Of a stretch of DNA of 64,000 bases, positions 42,286-52,562 are shown piece by piece. Both the position numbers and the translations under genes were made by a program. Position 1 is the stretch's first letter, and each line of letters starts with the position of its first letter. This DNA comes from Pseudomonadota bacterium (GTDB taxonomy: Bacteria; Campylobacterota; Campylobacteria; Campylobacterales; Sulfurimonadaceae), in contig JAZDQA010000005.1 in assembly GCA_043797085.1 (NCBI GenBank), positions 64,001 through 128,000 of the forward strand. Reading direction: 5' to 3'. The notes beneath the pieces were generated by a model. The model worked only from the letters and a program-made list of their open reading frames with translations, made no database searches and had not been told where the DNA came from.

Positions 42286-44615
42286 TCGTTACAAAAAATT
42301 GGTTAAATGAGTGGATTGATCTAAGTTCCATTTCAACAGAGCAGTTACTTAAAACATTTAATGCCATTGGACTAGAAGTAGATCGGCATGAAGCGATTTG
42401 TACTCCTGCTGGAGTTGTTGTCGGATTTGTGGAATCGTGCGAAAAGCATCCCGATGCAGATAAGCTCAATGTATGTCAGGTCAATGTCGGAAGCGATGTT
42501 CGTCAAATCGTGTGCGGTGCTTCCAATGTCCGTGCAGGGATTTACGTTGCAGTAGCAACCGTTGGAGCAGAGCTTCCCGGTGGATTGACCATCAAAGAAG
42601 CTGTTTTACGCGGAATGGATTCTCACGGGATGATCTGTTCTTCCAAAGAGATCGGTTTGCCAAGCATGGGTGAGGGGATTATGATCCTTGATGCGAGTAT
42701 CGGTGAGCTCATTAATGGCAAAAATTTGAATGAATACGGTGCTTTTAATGATGATATTATCGAGATTGAACTCACAGCCAATCGTGGAGATTGTCTAAGT
42801 GTTTATGGCATTGCACGTGATTTATGCGCTGCGTTTAACAAAGAATTACGTGAAATCCGTAAAAGTGGAGAGCCGGAGGGGCGATTAGGAATAGGGCGTA
42901 TTTTACAGCTTCAGCACGCTGAAACCTACGATGTTGAGCTTTTGTACAGTGCAATTGATATTAAAAGTTTAAGTGTCCCCTTTTTAGTGGGCTTGAGAAT
43001 GGCTATTTTAGAACAGAGTTATACCAATGCAATGGACACCATTCTTAAATATGCAACGCACAGTACGGGTGTTATTTTACGGGCATATCCTTTTGATACT
43101 TTAGAAGATACAGGTAATGGAAAATCGGTTATTACTCTCTCAACGAACAGTAATGGCTATGCTGTCTTAAATGGTAAGATACCTCTTTCTATTGTCGGGG
43201 TTTCTCAAAATGATGAAGCACGATTTGCCTTGAATGAAGGGCTTGCAATTATTGAAGCCAGTTACATTCCTCCTGAAATCATTGCCAAAAAAATGGGTGA
43301 AGTAAAAGTTGCAAGCTGTCCCCATTATTATCATGCTTCCAGAGGCAGCGAACCTACTTTGAATATGGGCGTTCAATACGCGATGGGGCTTTTTGAGAAA
43401 TACACAACATCGACGATTTATGGCGGTCATTTAGAGCTTCAGTCTCCGAGAGAAACACGTGTTGTTACGATGAATGAAGAAGAGTTTGAATCGTTTATCG
43501 GGATGAAAATCGACAAAACAACCTTGACGCAAATTCTTAAAAATCTCGGTATGCTCATCAGCAAGCCAAAAACTTCTGCATTCGCCATTTCAATTCCCAA
43601 TTTTCGTCATGATATCGTGAATAAACAAGATATTGTTGAGGAGATCGTTCGTATTATAGGGATTGATAATATCCCCTCTAAGCCGCTTGTATTCTCAGAG
43701 AGAAATCAAACAACATCCGATTTAGAGACCTACAAAAAAATACGAATGTATCGTCACCGCAGTGCCCAAAGCGGATTTTTTGAGAGTGTTCATTTTGTCT
43801 TTAATGAGCGCAATGTTTGTGAACGCTTTGGATTTGTATGCACAGATGAGGATAAAGAGTTACTCAATCCGATTACGGCAACCTTTGATACTCTGCGTCC
43901 GACATTGATGGTGGGACTGTTAAATTCAGCCAGTGCCAATGTCAAAGTGAATCAGAAAAAGATTGCATTGTTCGAGAGCGGGATGATTTTTGATCCACAG
44001 CGCAACGAAAGCAAGCGCATTGGTTTTATAATCAGCGGAGCACGTGAGGGAGAAAAAATCTCCAATGCGGGAAAATCACCTACGGTTGATTTGAGTTCGT
44101 TCTCGCAAAAAATCTCTGATATTGTCGGTTCATTTGAGTTAAGCGCTCATGTTCCTGCTCATACGTTGGCGCATCCCTATATCTGTGCAAAAGTCATTAT
44201 AAACGGCGCAGAAGCAGGAGAACTTTTCCGTCTGCACCCCAGTATTGAAGAAGAGTTTGACCTTGCACCGACGTTTATGTGTGAACTTGATATGGATGTC
44301 TTACCGTATGGTTTGGTTGAAGCACACCCTTTTTCGAAATATCAAGCGTCGTTTCGGGATCTAAGTCTACTAATCCCTAAAACACTTACGTATGAGACGA
44401 TTAAAAATGTCATTGCTAAACATGCAAGTGCCGATGTACAACGCTTTTATCCGGTAGATCGTTATGAATCCGATTCCTTAGGTGACAATGTGAGTCTAAG
44501 TGTACGGTTCATGTTGCAATCAATGGACAAAACGCTTGAAGAAGAGGAAATCACAGCAGCAATGGAGTGGATTTTGACAGGATTGCGTGAAGAACTGGGA
44601 GTAAATTTGCGATGA
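42282..44615 (+). CDS. pheT: Phenylalanine--tRNA ligase beta subunit
   Basis: [25 protein letters not shown]...[15 protein letters not shown]-terminus. Confidence 0.97.
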   Translation: MIVTKNWLNEWIDLSSISTEQLLKTFNAIGLEVDRHEAICTPAGVVVGFVESCEKHPDADKLNVCQVNVGSDVRQIVCGASNVRAGIYVAVATVGAELPGGLTIKEAVLRGMDSHGMICSSKEIGLPSMGEGIMILDASIGELINGKNLNEYGAFNDDIIEIELTANRGDCLSVYGIARDLCAAFNKELREIRKSGEPEGRLGIGRILQLQHAETYDVELLYSAIDIKSLSVPFLVGLRMAILEQSYTNAMDTILKYATHSTGVILRAYPFDTLEDTGNGKSVITLSTNSNGYAVLNGKIPLSIVGVSQNDEARFALNEGLAIIEASYIPPEIIAKKMGEVKVASCPHYYHASRGSEPTLNMGVQYAMGLFEKYTTSTIYGGHLELQSPRETRVVTMNEEEFESFIGMKIDKTTLTQILKNLGMLISKPKTSAFAISIPNFRHDIVNKQDIVEEIVRIIGIDNIPSKPLVFSERNQTTSDLETYKKIRMYRHRSAQSGFFESVHFVFNERNVCERFGFVCTDEDKELLNPITATFDTLRPTLMVGLLNSASANVKVNQKKIALFESGMIFDPQRNESKRIGFIISGAREGEKISNAGKSPTVDLSSFSQKISDIVGSFELSAHVPAHTLAHPYICAKVIINGAEAGELFRLHPSIEEEFDLAPTFMCELDMDVLPYGLVEAHPFSKYQASFRDLSLLIPKTLTYETIKNVIAKHASADVQRFYPVDRYESDSLGDNVSLSVRFMLQSMDKTLEEEEITAAMEWILTGLREELGVNLR

Positions 44616-45889
44616 TGCGCGCTACCGTCTACCCTGCAGCTCCTTTTGAGTTTAAAAGTGATGCGATTGCACCGGACAAATCCATTTCACACCGATGTGC
44701 GATGTTCTCAGTCTTAGCGCAAGGCGAGAGTCGCATAGAAAATTTTTTACGTGCCGAAGACACCCTTAATACGCTTAAAATTGTAGGGCATCTTGGAGCT
44801 GAAATTATTGATAACGGTTCTGTCATTACCATTCGCTCCAATGGGATACAAGAGAGTTCAGAAATTCTTGATTGCGGTAATTCCGGAACAGGGATGAGGC
44901 TTTTTTGCGGGCTTCTTTCCTCTGCGCAAGGTCATTTTATCCTTACAGGAGATGAATATCTCAAACGTCGTCCGATGAAACGGGTGACACAGCCACTTCG
45001 TGCAATCGGTGCAAATCTCGATGGACGCAATAACGGTGATTTAGCCCCCCTTGCAATCCGTGGAGCTTCTCTAAAGGCTTTTGACTATACTTCCCCCATC
45101 GCCTCAGCCCAAGTGAAAAGTGCCATGATGTTGGCAGCATTGCGTTCCGATGATGTTTGTACCTTTCGTGAACCGGAACTTAGCCGTGACCACACAGAGC
45201 GAATGCTTCGCGGGATGGGTGCTCATATCGAAATCAATGGCTTGGAAACAAAGATTTGGCCGTTAGACAAACCTCTTTCACCTTTGAATATCCGTGTTCC
45301 TGCTGACCCTTCCAGTGCTTTTTTCTTTGCGGTTGCGGCTGCAATCACCCCTGATTCTATCGTTGTCATCGAGGGAGTTACCCTTAATCCTACTCGTATT
45401 GAAGCTTTCAAAGTACTCGAACGTATGGGTGCAGATATTACGTATACGTTGACCAGTGAAAAATACGAACCTATCGGAAATATTACGGTCAAATACGCTC
45501 CCCTAAAAGCCGTGACAGTCGAAGAAAATATCTCTTGGCTTATTGATGAGCTTCCGGTACTTTCTATCGCTATGGCGTGTGCATCAGGGAAAAGTATCAT
45601 TAAAAATGCCGAAGAACTTCGGGTAAAAGAGTCCGATCGCATTAAAACCGTAGTGGACAATCTGAATCTTTGCGGTATTGAAACGGAAGAATATCCTGAC
45701 GGTTATGCAGTACAGGGGGGAACGTTGCAAAAAGCGGTCGTCAACAGCTATGGAGATCACCGTATTGCGATGAGTTTTTTGATTGCAGGGTTACGATGCG
45801 GTATGGAAGTAGAAGATATAGAGTGTATAAATACCTCATTTCCGAACTTCTTTGACCTTTTAAGTATCTGTACCAAGGTAGAAAAGTGA
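44612..45889 (+). CDS. aroA: EPSP synthase
   Basis: [40 protein letters not shown]. Confidence 0.97.
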   Translation: MMRATVYPAAPFEFKSDAIAPDKSISHRCAMFSVLAQGESRIENFLRAEDTLNTLKIVGHLGAEIIDNGSVITIRSNGIQESSEILDCGNSGTGMRLFCGLLSSAQGHFILTGDEYLKRRPMKRVTQPLRAIGANLDGRNNGDLAPLAIRGASLKAFDYTSPIASAQVKSAMMLAALRSDDVCTFREPELSRDHTERMLRGMGAHIEINGLETKIWPLDKPLSPLNIRVPADPSSAFFFAVAAAITPDSIVVIEGVTLNPTRIEAFKVLERMGADITYTLTSEKYEPIGNITVKYAPLKAVTVEENISWLIDELPVLSIAMACASGKSIIKNAEELRVKESDRIKTVVDNLNLCGIETEEYPDGYAVQGGTLQKAVVNSYGDHRIAMSFLIAGLRCGMEVEDIECINTSFPNFFDLLSICTKVEK

Positions 45890-46710
45890 AGATTCAACTA
45901 GCAGAGAGTTACGGCTTTTGTTTTGGTGTCAAACGGGCGATCAAAATCGCTGAAGAGAATAAAAACTCGTCCACGTACGGTCCATTGATCCATAATGCGA
46001 ATGAAATAGAACGGCTTAAACGTGATTTTAACGTTGCCTTGAGTGATAATCTGTACAGTTTTAAATCCGGAGATACCGCAGTTATCCGAACGCATGGTAT
46101 TCCTAAAGAAGAGTTGGAATTACTGCATGAACGTAATGTTGATGTTATCGATGCAACCTGTCCTTATGTTACCAAGCCACAGCAGATTTGTGAAGAGATG
46201 AGTGCGCAAGGCTACGATATCCTTATTTTTGGCGATGAAGAACATCCTGAGATAAAAGGGGTAAAGAGCTACGCGACAGGCAAAGCGTATGTTGTAAATT
46301 CAGCAGAGGAAGTCGATGCTCTCCCTTTGCGCGAAAAAGTGGCAGTAGTGGCTCAAACAACCCGCCGCATTGAAGATTATCAGAGTATTGTCTCAAAGCT
46401 GATGATATCGCATAAAGAGGTCCGTGTGTTCAATACGATTTGCAATGCAACGTTTGATAATCAAGATGCCGTCCGTAAGCTCGCGTATGAGGCAGACGTG
46501 ATGATCGTCATTGGAGGAAAAAATTCTTCGAATACCAAGCAGCTCCATTCGATTGCATTGGATGAGTGTCCCAGCAGTTATCACATTGAAAGTGCGGATG
46601 ATTTAAAGCCCGAATGGTTTGTTGGTAAAAATTTTTGCGGTATCAGTGCCGGTGCTTCTACTCCGGATTGGATTATTCAGTCGGTCATGGAACGTATTCG
46701 TACTTTTTAA
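45886..46710 (+). CDS. ispH: 4-hydroxy-3-methylbut-2-enyl diphosphate reductase
   Basis: [29 protein letters not shown]. Confidence 0.97.
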   Translation: MKIQLAESYGFCFGVKRAIKIAEENKNSSTYGPLIHNANEIERLKRDFNVALSDNLYSFKSGDTAVIRTHGIPKEELELLHERNVDVIDATCPYVTKPQQICEEMSAQGYDILIFGDEEHPEIKGVKSYATGKAYVVNSAEEVDALPLREKVAVVAQTTRRIEDYQSIVSKLMISHKEVRVFNTICNATFDNQDAVRKLAYEADVMIVIGGKNSSNTKQLHSIALDECPSSYHIESADDLKPEWFVGKNFCGISAGASTPDWIIQSVMERIRTF

Positions 46711-46717
46711 TATTTTG

Positions 46718-46737
46718 ATCTGCGTGAGCGTAGATTT
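46718..46737 (+). terminator. Hairpin after ispH
   Basis: ATCTGCG-TGAG-CGTAGAT (one G-U pair), short T tail. Confidence 0.4.
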
Positions 46738-46818
46738 GGAGGTGTTGTATGATAAGAGCTCAAAGTGGAAAGTGCCATTGGTTAGTACTTCTAAAAGCTC
46801 AATGCAGGGAGGCACTAA

Positions 46819-47832
46819 ATGCCGAGTCGTAAAATTTTTGTAACAGGTGGTTGCGGATACATCGGAACGCATACTTGTGTAGAGCTTTTGGCAGCAGGTT
46901 ATGATGTTGTGGTGTATGATAATTTTTCGAACAGCTCCCACGAAGCAATTCACCGTGTTGAAACCATTACCGGAAAATCCGTTACTTTGATCGAAGGTGA
47001 TATTCGTGATGAAGAGGGGATGGTTGCGGCGATGGCAGGTTGTGATGCGGTTATCCATTTTGCAGGATTAAAAGCCGTAGGAGAATCGGTTTCCAAACCC
47101 TTGGAATACTATGACAACAACGTTCAGGGAACCTTGTGTTTACTTCGCGCGATGCAAAAAGTGAACATTAAAACTCTCGTCTTTAGCTCCTCCGCTACCG
47201 TATACGGTGATCCGGATTATCTACCGCTAAACGAATCCCACCCCTTGCGTACTACCAACCCCTACGGTCAGACCAAGCTTGTGATCGAAGAGATATTGCG
47301 TGATCTTTATAAAAGTGACTCTTCATGGCGTATCATGATCCTGCGCTATTTTAATCCGGTAGGTTCTCATAAAAGCGGACTCATCGGTGAAGACCCTAGC
47401 GGTATTCCAAACAACCTCATGCCTTTCGTTGCTCAAGTAGCCATTGGACGACGCGAAAGTTTAAATGTTTTTGGAGATGATTATAACACGATCGATGGAA
47501 CAGGCGTGCGCGACTATATCCACGTTGTTGATTTAGCCCTCGGTCATCTCAAAGCTCTTTTAGCGCTCACCTCCTCCCAATGTACTTCCGTTAATCTCGG
47601 TACAGGAAAAGGATACAGTGTTTTGGAAGTCGTAAAAGCATTTGAAAAAGCGTCCGGACGTACAGTTGCTTACACGATCGCGTCTCGCCGTGAAGGAGAC
47701 ATTGCAGCATGCTACGCCAACCCCCAGAGTGCATTAGAACTTTTAGACTGGAAAGCCCAGCGTACACTGGAAGAAATGTGTAATGATACATGGCATTTTC
47801 AATCCAAAAATCCAAACGGGTACACGAAGTAA
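46819..47832 (+). CDS. galE: UDP-glucose 4-epimerase
   Basis: GGCGYIG, HFAGLKAVGES, SSSATVYG, YGQTK, LRYFNP, RDYIHV. Confidence 0.96.
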   Translation: MPSRKIFVTGGCGYIGTHTCVELLAAGYDVVVYDNFSNSSHEAIHRVETITGKSVTLIEGDIRDEEGMVAAMAGCDAVIHFAGLKAVGESVSKPLEYYDNNVQGTLCLLRAMQKVNIKTLVFSSSATVYGDPDYLPLNESHPLRTTNPYGQTKLVIEEILRDLYKSDSSWRIMILRYFNPVGSHKSGLIGEDPSGIPNNLMPFVAQVAIGRRESLNVFGDDYNTIDGTGVRDYIHVVDLALGHLKALLALTSSQCTSVNLGTGKGYSVLEVVKAFEKASGRTVAYTIASRREGDIAACYANPQSALELLDWKAQRTLEEMCNDTWHFQSKNPNGYTK

Positions 47833-47885
47833 GAGTATCAGCAATAAAACGATAAAATTTAAATAAACAATATGAGGAGATTAGT

Positions 47886-48716
47886 ATGATTCGAAAATGT
47901 CTTTTTCCCGCTGCAGGATACGGTACGAGATTTCTCCCAATGACCAAAGCTATCCCAAAAGAGATGCTTCCTGTGCTCACCAAACCTCTGATCCAGTACG
48001 GTGTCGAAGAGGCAATGGGTGCTGGAATGAACACGATGGCGATTATTACTGGACGAGGTAAGCAGGCAATTGCGAACCATTTCGATGTGAGTTATGAGTT
48101 GGAACATCAGATTCAAGGGACGGATAAAGAAAAGATGCTTGGCGATATTCGTGACATCATCGATAACTGTACCTTTTCCTATACCCGTCAAGCATTTATG
48201 GGGGGATTAGGTCATGCGATTCTTACAGGAGAAACATTGATCGGGAACGAACCGTTTGCCGTTGTCTTAGCCGATGATTTATGTGTGAACGATGATGAGG
48301 GAGTGTTGGCACAGATGGTTAAGCTTTACAATGAGTATCAGTGCAGTATTGTAGCCATCGAAGAGATTGATCCCTCCCAGACACACAAATACGGTGTGAT
48401 CGCAGGAACCCAAATTGCAGAGAATATCTACCGTGTTGATACCATGGTCGAAAAACCTGCCCCCTCTGATGCTCCAAGCAACTTAGCCATCATCGGACGT
48501 TATATCCTTACCCCGGATATTTTTGAAATCTTACGTGAAACGGCTCCAGGAAAAGGGGGCGAGATACAGATCACCGATGCATTGATGACTCAGGCTCGTG
48601 CAGGTAATGTCATCGCCTATCGCTTCCGTGGTAAACGTTATGATTGTGGTAGTATCGATGGCTATGTGCAAGCGACAGTAGAGTTGTATGAAAAGAGTAA
48701 AATAAAAAACCAGTAA
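47886..48716 (+). CDS. galU: UTP--glucose-1-phosphate uridylyltransferase
   Basis: PAAGYGTRFLP.TKAIPKEM, VEKP, GEIQITDA, YDCGS. Confidence 0.96.
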   Translation: MIRKCLFPAAGYGTRFLPMTKAIPKEMLPVLTKPLIQYGVEEAMGAGMNTMAIITGRGKQAIANHFDVSYELEHQIQGTDKEKMLGDIRDIIDNCTFSYTRQAFMGGLGHAILTGETLIGNEPFAVVLADDLCVNDDEGVLAQMVKLYNEYQCSIVAIEEIDPSQTHKYGVIAGTQIAENIYRVDTMVEKPAPSDAPSNLAIIGRYILTPDIFEILRETAPGKGGEIQITDALMTQARAGNVIAYRFRGKRYDCGSIDGYVQATVELYEKSKIKNQ

Positions 48717-48767
48717 CCAGAGGCTTCAGCCTCACCAAGATTTTGCCGACACTAAAGTGTCAGTGCC
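48713..48767. repeat. REP-like inverted hairpin doublet
   Basis: GTAACCA-GAGGC-TTCA-GCCTC on +; GGCACT-GACAC-TTTA-GTGTC-GG on -. Confidence 0.5.
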
Positions 48768-49007
48768 AAAGCAGCTATCATTAAATTGCACTAATTTCCG
48801 CAAACAACAAAAAAATATCTCTCAATAATTCGCGTCATTCGTTGACTAAAAATTGCTCTTAATATTCCCAATACCTGTTTGCTCCATGTCTAAAAAAGAC
48901 ACCAAAATTCTCGTTTAAAACCATGATATAAAAGTAAATCCAAAGTCTATAACATGTACAATTCAACACCTGAATTAGCTTGCACAAAAACAAAAAGGAA
49001 CGACGCA

Positions 49008-49235
49008 TTGAACCACGGAGAGCTGGAACTTTCTGTTTTGCGAAGTTTGGGTAGGATTGCTACTAAAAAAAGATTTCTCAAAGTAGAAAATTTCTACATG
49101 AACGAAAATAAAAACCAGTACCGCTATCTCCTAACTCAAGTAGGAGTAGAAGAAAAAATTACACTCACGACAAAGTTCATACAACGAAAAAAGGGTGAAT
49201 TCCTCGAAGAGGTTCTTGTGCCCTATAGGGTATGA
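49008..49235 (+). pseudogene. Internally deleted MarR-type 'EPS-associated' transcriptional regulator
   Basis: TTG start after AAAGGA. Retains ELSVLR and FLKVENF...NKNQYRYLLT..G..EK..LT.KFI.RK, but no room for the central HTH; sits in front of rmlA. Confidence 0.65.
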
Positions 49236-49315
49236 TGTATTAGTCTATGAGCTTGAGATGATGCATAGTTTTGAAATCTAATAGTAAAAATAATTTTAAT
49301 GAAGGAGTTACTCAA

Positions 49316-50206
49316 ATGAAAGGTATTATCCTAGCCGGTGGAAGCGGAACACGCCTCTATCCTATCACCAAGGGAGTGAGTAAACAGCTCGTTCCCATCT
49401 ATGATAAACCGATGGTCTACTACCCTCTTTCCGTATTGATGCTTGCAGGGATTACCGAAGTTCTTATTATCTCTACTCCTACTGATCTACCACGTTTCGA
49501 AGAGCTTCTAGGAGATGGTAGCGACATCGGGATGCGTTTTGAATATTGCGTTCAACCGAGCCCTGATGGTTTAGCACAGGCGTTTATCTTGGGTGCGGAT
49601 TTTATCGGAAATGATGATGTATGTTTGGTATTAGGTGATAATATCTTCCACGGTCATGGTCTCACCAAACTGCTCGCACAATCGGTACGCAATGTCACTG
49701 AGGATAAAAAAGCTACCGTATTTGGCTATTGGGTCAAAGATCCTGAGCGTTATGGGGTTGCCGAATTTGATAAAGAGGGAAATGTTCTCTCCATCGAAGA
49801 AAAACCCGCAAAACCTAAAAGCTCTTATGCCGTTATCGGGTTGTATTTTTATCCCAACAGTGTTGTCGAAATTGCCAAAAACATCAAACCCTCTGATCGT
49901 GGCGAACTTGAAATCACTACCGTCAATCAAGCATATTTAGCTCAAAACGCTCTCAAAGTAGAGCTCATGGGACGCGGGTTTGCGTGGCTTGATACGGGAA
50001 CTCATGAAAGTTTACTAGAAGCCAGTATGTTCATCCAAACCATCGAAAACCGACAAGGACTCAAAGTCGCCTGTCTCGAAGAAATTGCGTTTGAAATGGG
50101 CTACATTTCCAAAGAAAAATTACTTGAATTAGCAAAACCTCTCTCTAAAAACCAATACGGTCAATATCTGATCCGTAGAGCCAATGAAGGGAAAGTAGGA
50201 GAATGA
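49316..50206 (+). CDS. rfbA: Glucose-1-phosphate thymidylyltransferase
   Basis: [42 protein letters not shown]. Confidence 0.97.
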   Translation: MKGIILAGGSGTRLYPITKGVSKQLVPIYDKPMVYYPLSVLMLAGITEVLIISTPTDLPRFEELLGDGSDIGMRFEYCVQPSPDGLAQAFILGADFIGNDDVCLVLGDNIFHGHGLTKLLAQSVRNVTEDKKATVFGYWVKDPERYGVAEFDKEGNVLSIEEKPAKPKSSYAVIGLYFYPNSVVEIAKNIKPSDRGELEITTVNQAYLAQNALKVELMGRGFAWLDTGTHESLLEASMFIQTIENRQGLKVACLEEIAFEMGYISKEKLLELAKPLSKNQYGQYLIRRANEGKVGE

Positions 50207-50775
50207 CCTTTACCCGCACAGCAATACCTGATGTCATCATCATTGATCCCAAAGTACACGGTGACGCACGCGGTTACTTTGTCGAAACATTCCGTGCAGA
50301 TAAACTTGAAGCTTTTTTAGGTTTTAATATCTCTTTTTGCCAAGATAATGAGTCTAAAAGCTCGTATGGAGTGCTACGCGGATTACACTATCAGCTTCCC
50401 CCCCATGCACAAACCAAACTTGTACGCGTAATAGAGGGTGAAGTTCTCGATGTTGCTGTCGATATACGTGAGGGCTCACCAACCTTTGGTCAACACGTAG
50501 CTATTCGTCTTTCAGGTGAAAATAAACGCCAGCTCTTAATCCCGAGAGGGTTTGCTCATGGATTTGTTGTCCTCTCAGAACACTGTACCTTCGCGTACAA
50601 AGTCGATAACTATTACAGTATCGAATGTGATCGTGGTATGGCGTTTGATGATCCTGCTTTAAATATTGACTGGATTATTCCAAGTGAGAAACTTCAACTT
50701 TCAGATAAAGATACCAAACAACCTCTTTTTGCCAATTCTGATCTGTTTACATATGAGGTCAATCTCTATGCTTAA
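50203..50775 (+). CDS. rfbC: dTDP-4-dehydrorhamnose 3,5-epimerase
   Basis: GDARGYF, QDNES.S, LRGLHYQ, DVAVDIR.GSPTFG, GFAHGF, LSDKD. Confidence 0.96.
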   Translation: MTFTRTAIPDVIIIDPKVHGDARGYFVETFRADKLEAFLGFNISFCQDNESKSSYGVLRGLHYQLPPHAQTKLVRVIEGEVLDVAVDIREGSPTFGQHVAIRLSGENKRQLLIPRGFAHGFVVLSEHCTFAYKVDNYYSIECDRGMAFDDPALNIDWIIPSEKLQLSDKDTKQPLFANSDLFTYEVNLYA

Positions 50776-51517
50776 TATCCTTGTTACGGGCGCTAAAGGG
50801 TTTATAGGAACGAATTTTTTAAAAAGAATTGATAAGCAATTGTACAATATTTTAGAATTTAATAGAGCTGATACAATCAAATCTCTCGAAGAAAAAATTA
50901 AAAAATGTGATTTTATTATACATTTAGCTGGTGAAGTGCGACCGAATAGTTCTGATGATGATTTTAAGAATTCCAATATATTACTTACTCAAGCAATTAT
51001 TGACGTATTAAACAAGCAAGATAAAACAATTCCAATACTTATGGCATCTACAATTCATGCGAAGTTATTAAAAAATGAATATGGAAAAACAAAAAGAGAA
51101 GCTGAATTATTAGTTGAAAAATATGCTAAAGATAAAAATATTCGTTCTCATATATGTAGATTGCCGCATGTATTCGGAGAAGGATGTAAGCCAAATTATA
51201 ATTCTGTAGTATCTACGTGGATTTATAACAGTATAAACGATAATGAGATCATTATCTTTGATAGAAATATTGGAATGCACTATGCGTATGTGCAAGACAT
51301 TGTTAATGAGTTTATATCTATTGTTGGAAATCATGAATTATTAGATATATATATTGAACCTAAAATAGTTTATGAGACTACGCTGGGTGAAGTAATCGAT
51401 TTTCTTGATGAGTTTAAAAAAAATATCAATAATTCTAATTATGAGATTTCTAATGCTGAATTTAAGCAAAAATTATTTGCAACTTATCTTGATTATTATA
51501 AGGAACCAAATGTTTAG
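50768..51517 (+). CDS. NAD(P)-dependent sugar-nucleotide reductase resembling the N-terminal domain of CapF/FnlB/WbjC
   Basis: VTGAKGFIG, HLAGEVRP, YGKTK, RLPHVFGEGCKPNYNSVVSTW; no C-terminal cupin; visibly AT-rich. Confidence 0.75.
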   Translation: MLNILVTGAKGFIGTNFLKRIDKQLYNILEFNRADTIKSLEEKIKKCDFIIHLAGEVRPNSSDDDFKNSNILLTQAIIDVLNKQDKTIPILMASTIHAKLLKNEYGKTKREAELLVEKYAKDKNIRSHICRLPHVFGEGCKPNYNSVVSTWIYNSINDNEIIIFDRNIGMHYAYVQDIVNEFISIVGNHELLDIYIEPKIVYETTLGEVIDFLDEFKKNINNSNYEISNAEFKQKLFATYLDYYKEPNV

Positions 51518-52562
51518 CAATACACGTAAAACCATTTTAGTCACCGGATGTGCCGGATTTATCGGGAGCAATTTCGTCCCGTATTTTTTAGACAAATATC
51601 CCGATGTTCGTCTCATCAATCTCGATCTCCTCACTTACGCAGGCGATATGGCAAATCTCTCCGATGCTCCTCAAGATGATCGTCATATCTTCGTCCAAGG
51701 AGATATTTGTGATCGTCCTCTTATTGAGTCACTGTTTGAGAAATACGATATCCGCGGTGTGATCCACTTCGCGGCTGAGAGTCACGTCGATAACAGCATC
51801 AAAAATCCGGGTGTATTCGTCCAAACCAATGTCAACGGTACTTTTACTCTCATCGATGTTGCCTATAAAAACTGGATGGAAAAATCGTTTGTCTATAAAA
51901 CAGGATATGAGGGGTGCCGTTTCCACCATATCAGCACCGATGAAGTATACGGAACGCTCAGCGACAATCCAAATGATCTATTCACCGAAGAAACCTCCTA
52001 TGCTCCTAACAGCCCTTACAGTGCATTCAAAGCAGGCAGTGATATGATCGTCCGCAGTTACCACCACACCTACGGTATGAACACGGTCATCACCAACTGC
52101 TCCAACAACTACGGTCCCAAACAGCATAACGAAAAACTAATCCCGACCGTTATACGAAAAGCGCTAGCAGGTGAAAATATTCCTGTCTACGGTGATGGTA
52201 AAAACATCCGTGATTGGCTTTATGTATTAGATCACTGCAAAGGTATCGACCTCGTCTACCATACAGGACGCTCAGGTGAAGTCTACAATATCGGCGGACG
52301 CAATGAGCGCAACAACAATCAAATCGTTGAACGTATCTGCAGCCTTTTAGATGAAATGGCTCCTATGTCTTATCAAAATTCTGCAGTTGGGTTGGTATCA
52401 TATAAAAATTTAATTACTTATGTAGAAGACCGTGCAGGACACGACCGTCGTTATGCTATTGATGCTACAAAACTCGAAACAGAACTGGGCTGGAAAGCAG
52501 ATGAAAACTTTGATACCGGTATCGTGAAGACAATAGAATGGTATTTAGGAAAGAATAAATGA
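51510..52562 (+). CDS. rfbB: dTDP-glucose 4,6-dehydratase
   Basis: GCAGFIG, HFAAESHVD, ISTDEVYG, NCSNNYGP, RDWLYV.DH, DRAGHDRRY. Confidence 0.96.
   Translation: MFSNTRKTILVTGCAGFIGSNFVPYFLDKYPDVRLINLDLLTYAGDMANLSDAPQDDRHIFVQGDICDRPLIESLFEKYDIRGVIHFAAESHVDNSIKNPGVFVQTNVNGTFTLIDVAYKNWMEKSFVYKTGYEGCRFHHISTDEVYGTLSDNPNDLFTEETSYAPNSPYSAFKAGSDMIVRSYHHTYGMNTVITNCSNNYGPKQHNEKLIPTVIRKALAGENIPVYGDGKNIRDWLYVLDHCKGIDLVYHTGRSGEVYNIGGRNERNNNQIVERICSLLDEMAPMSYQNSAVGLVSYKNLITYVEDRAGHDRRYAIDATKLETELGWKADENFDTGIVKTIEWYLGKNK

Noticed and set aside
46740..46818. JUMPstart/ops element ahead of the polysaccharide locus
   Set aside because: No GGCGGTAG ops core is present.
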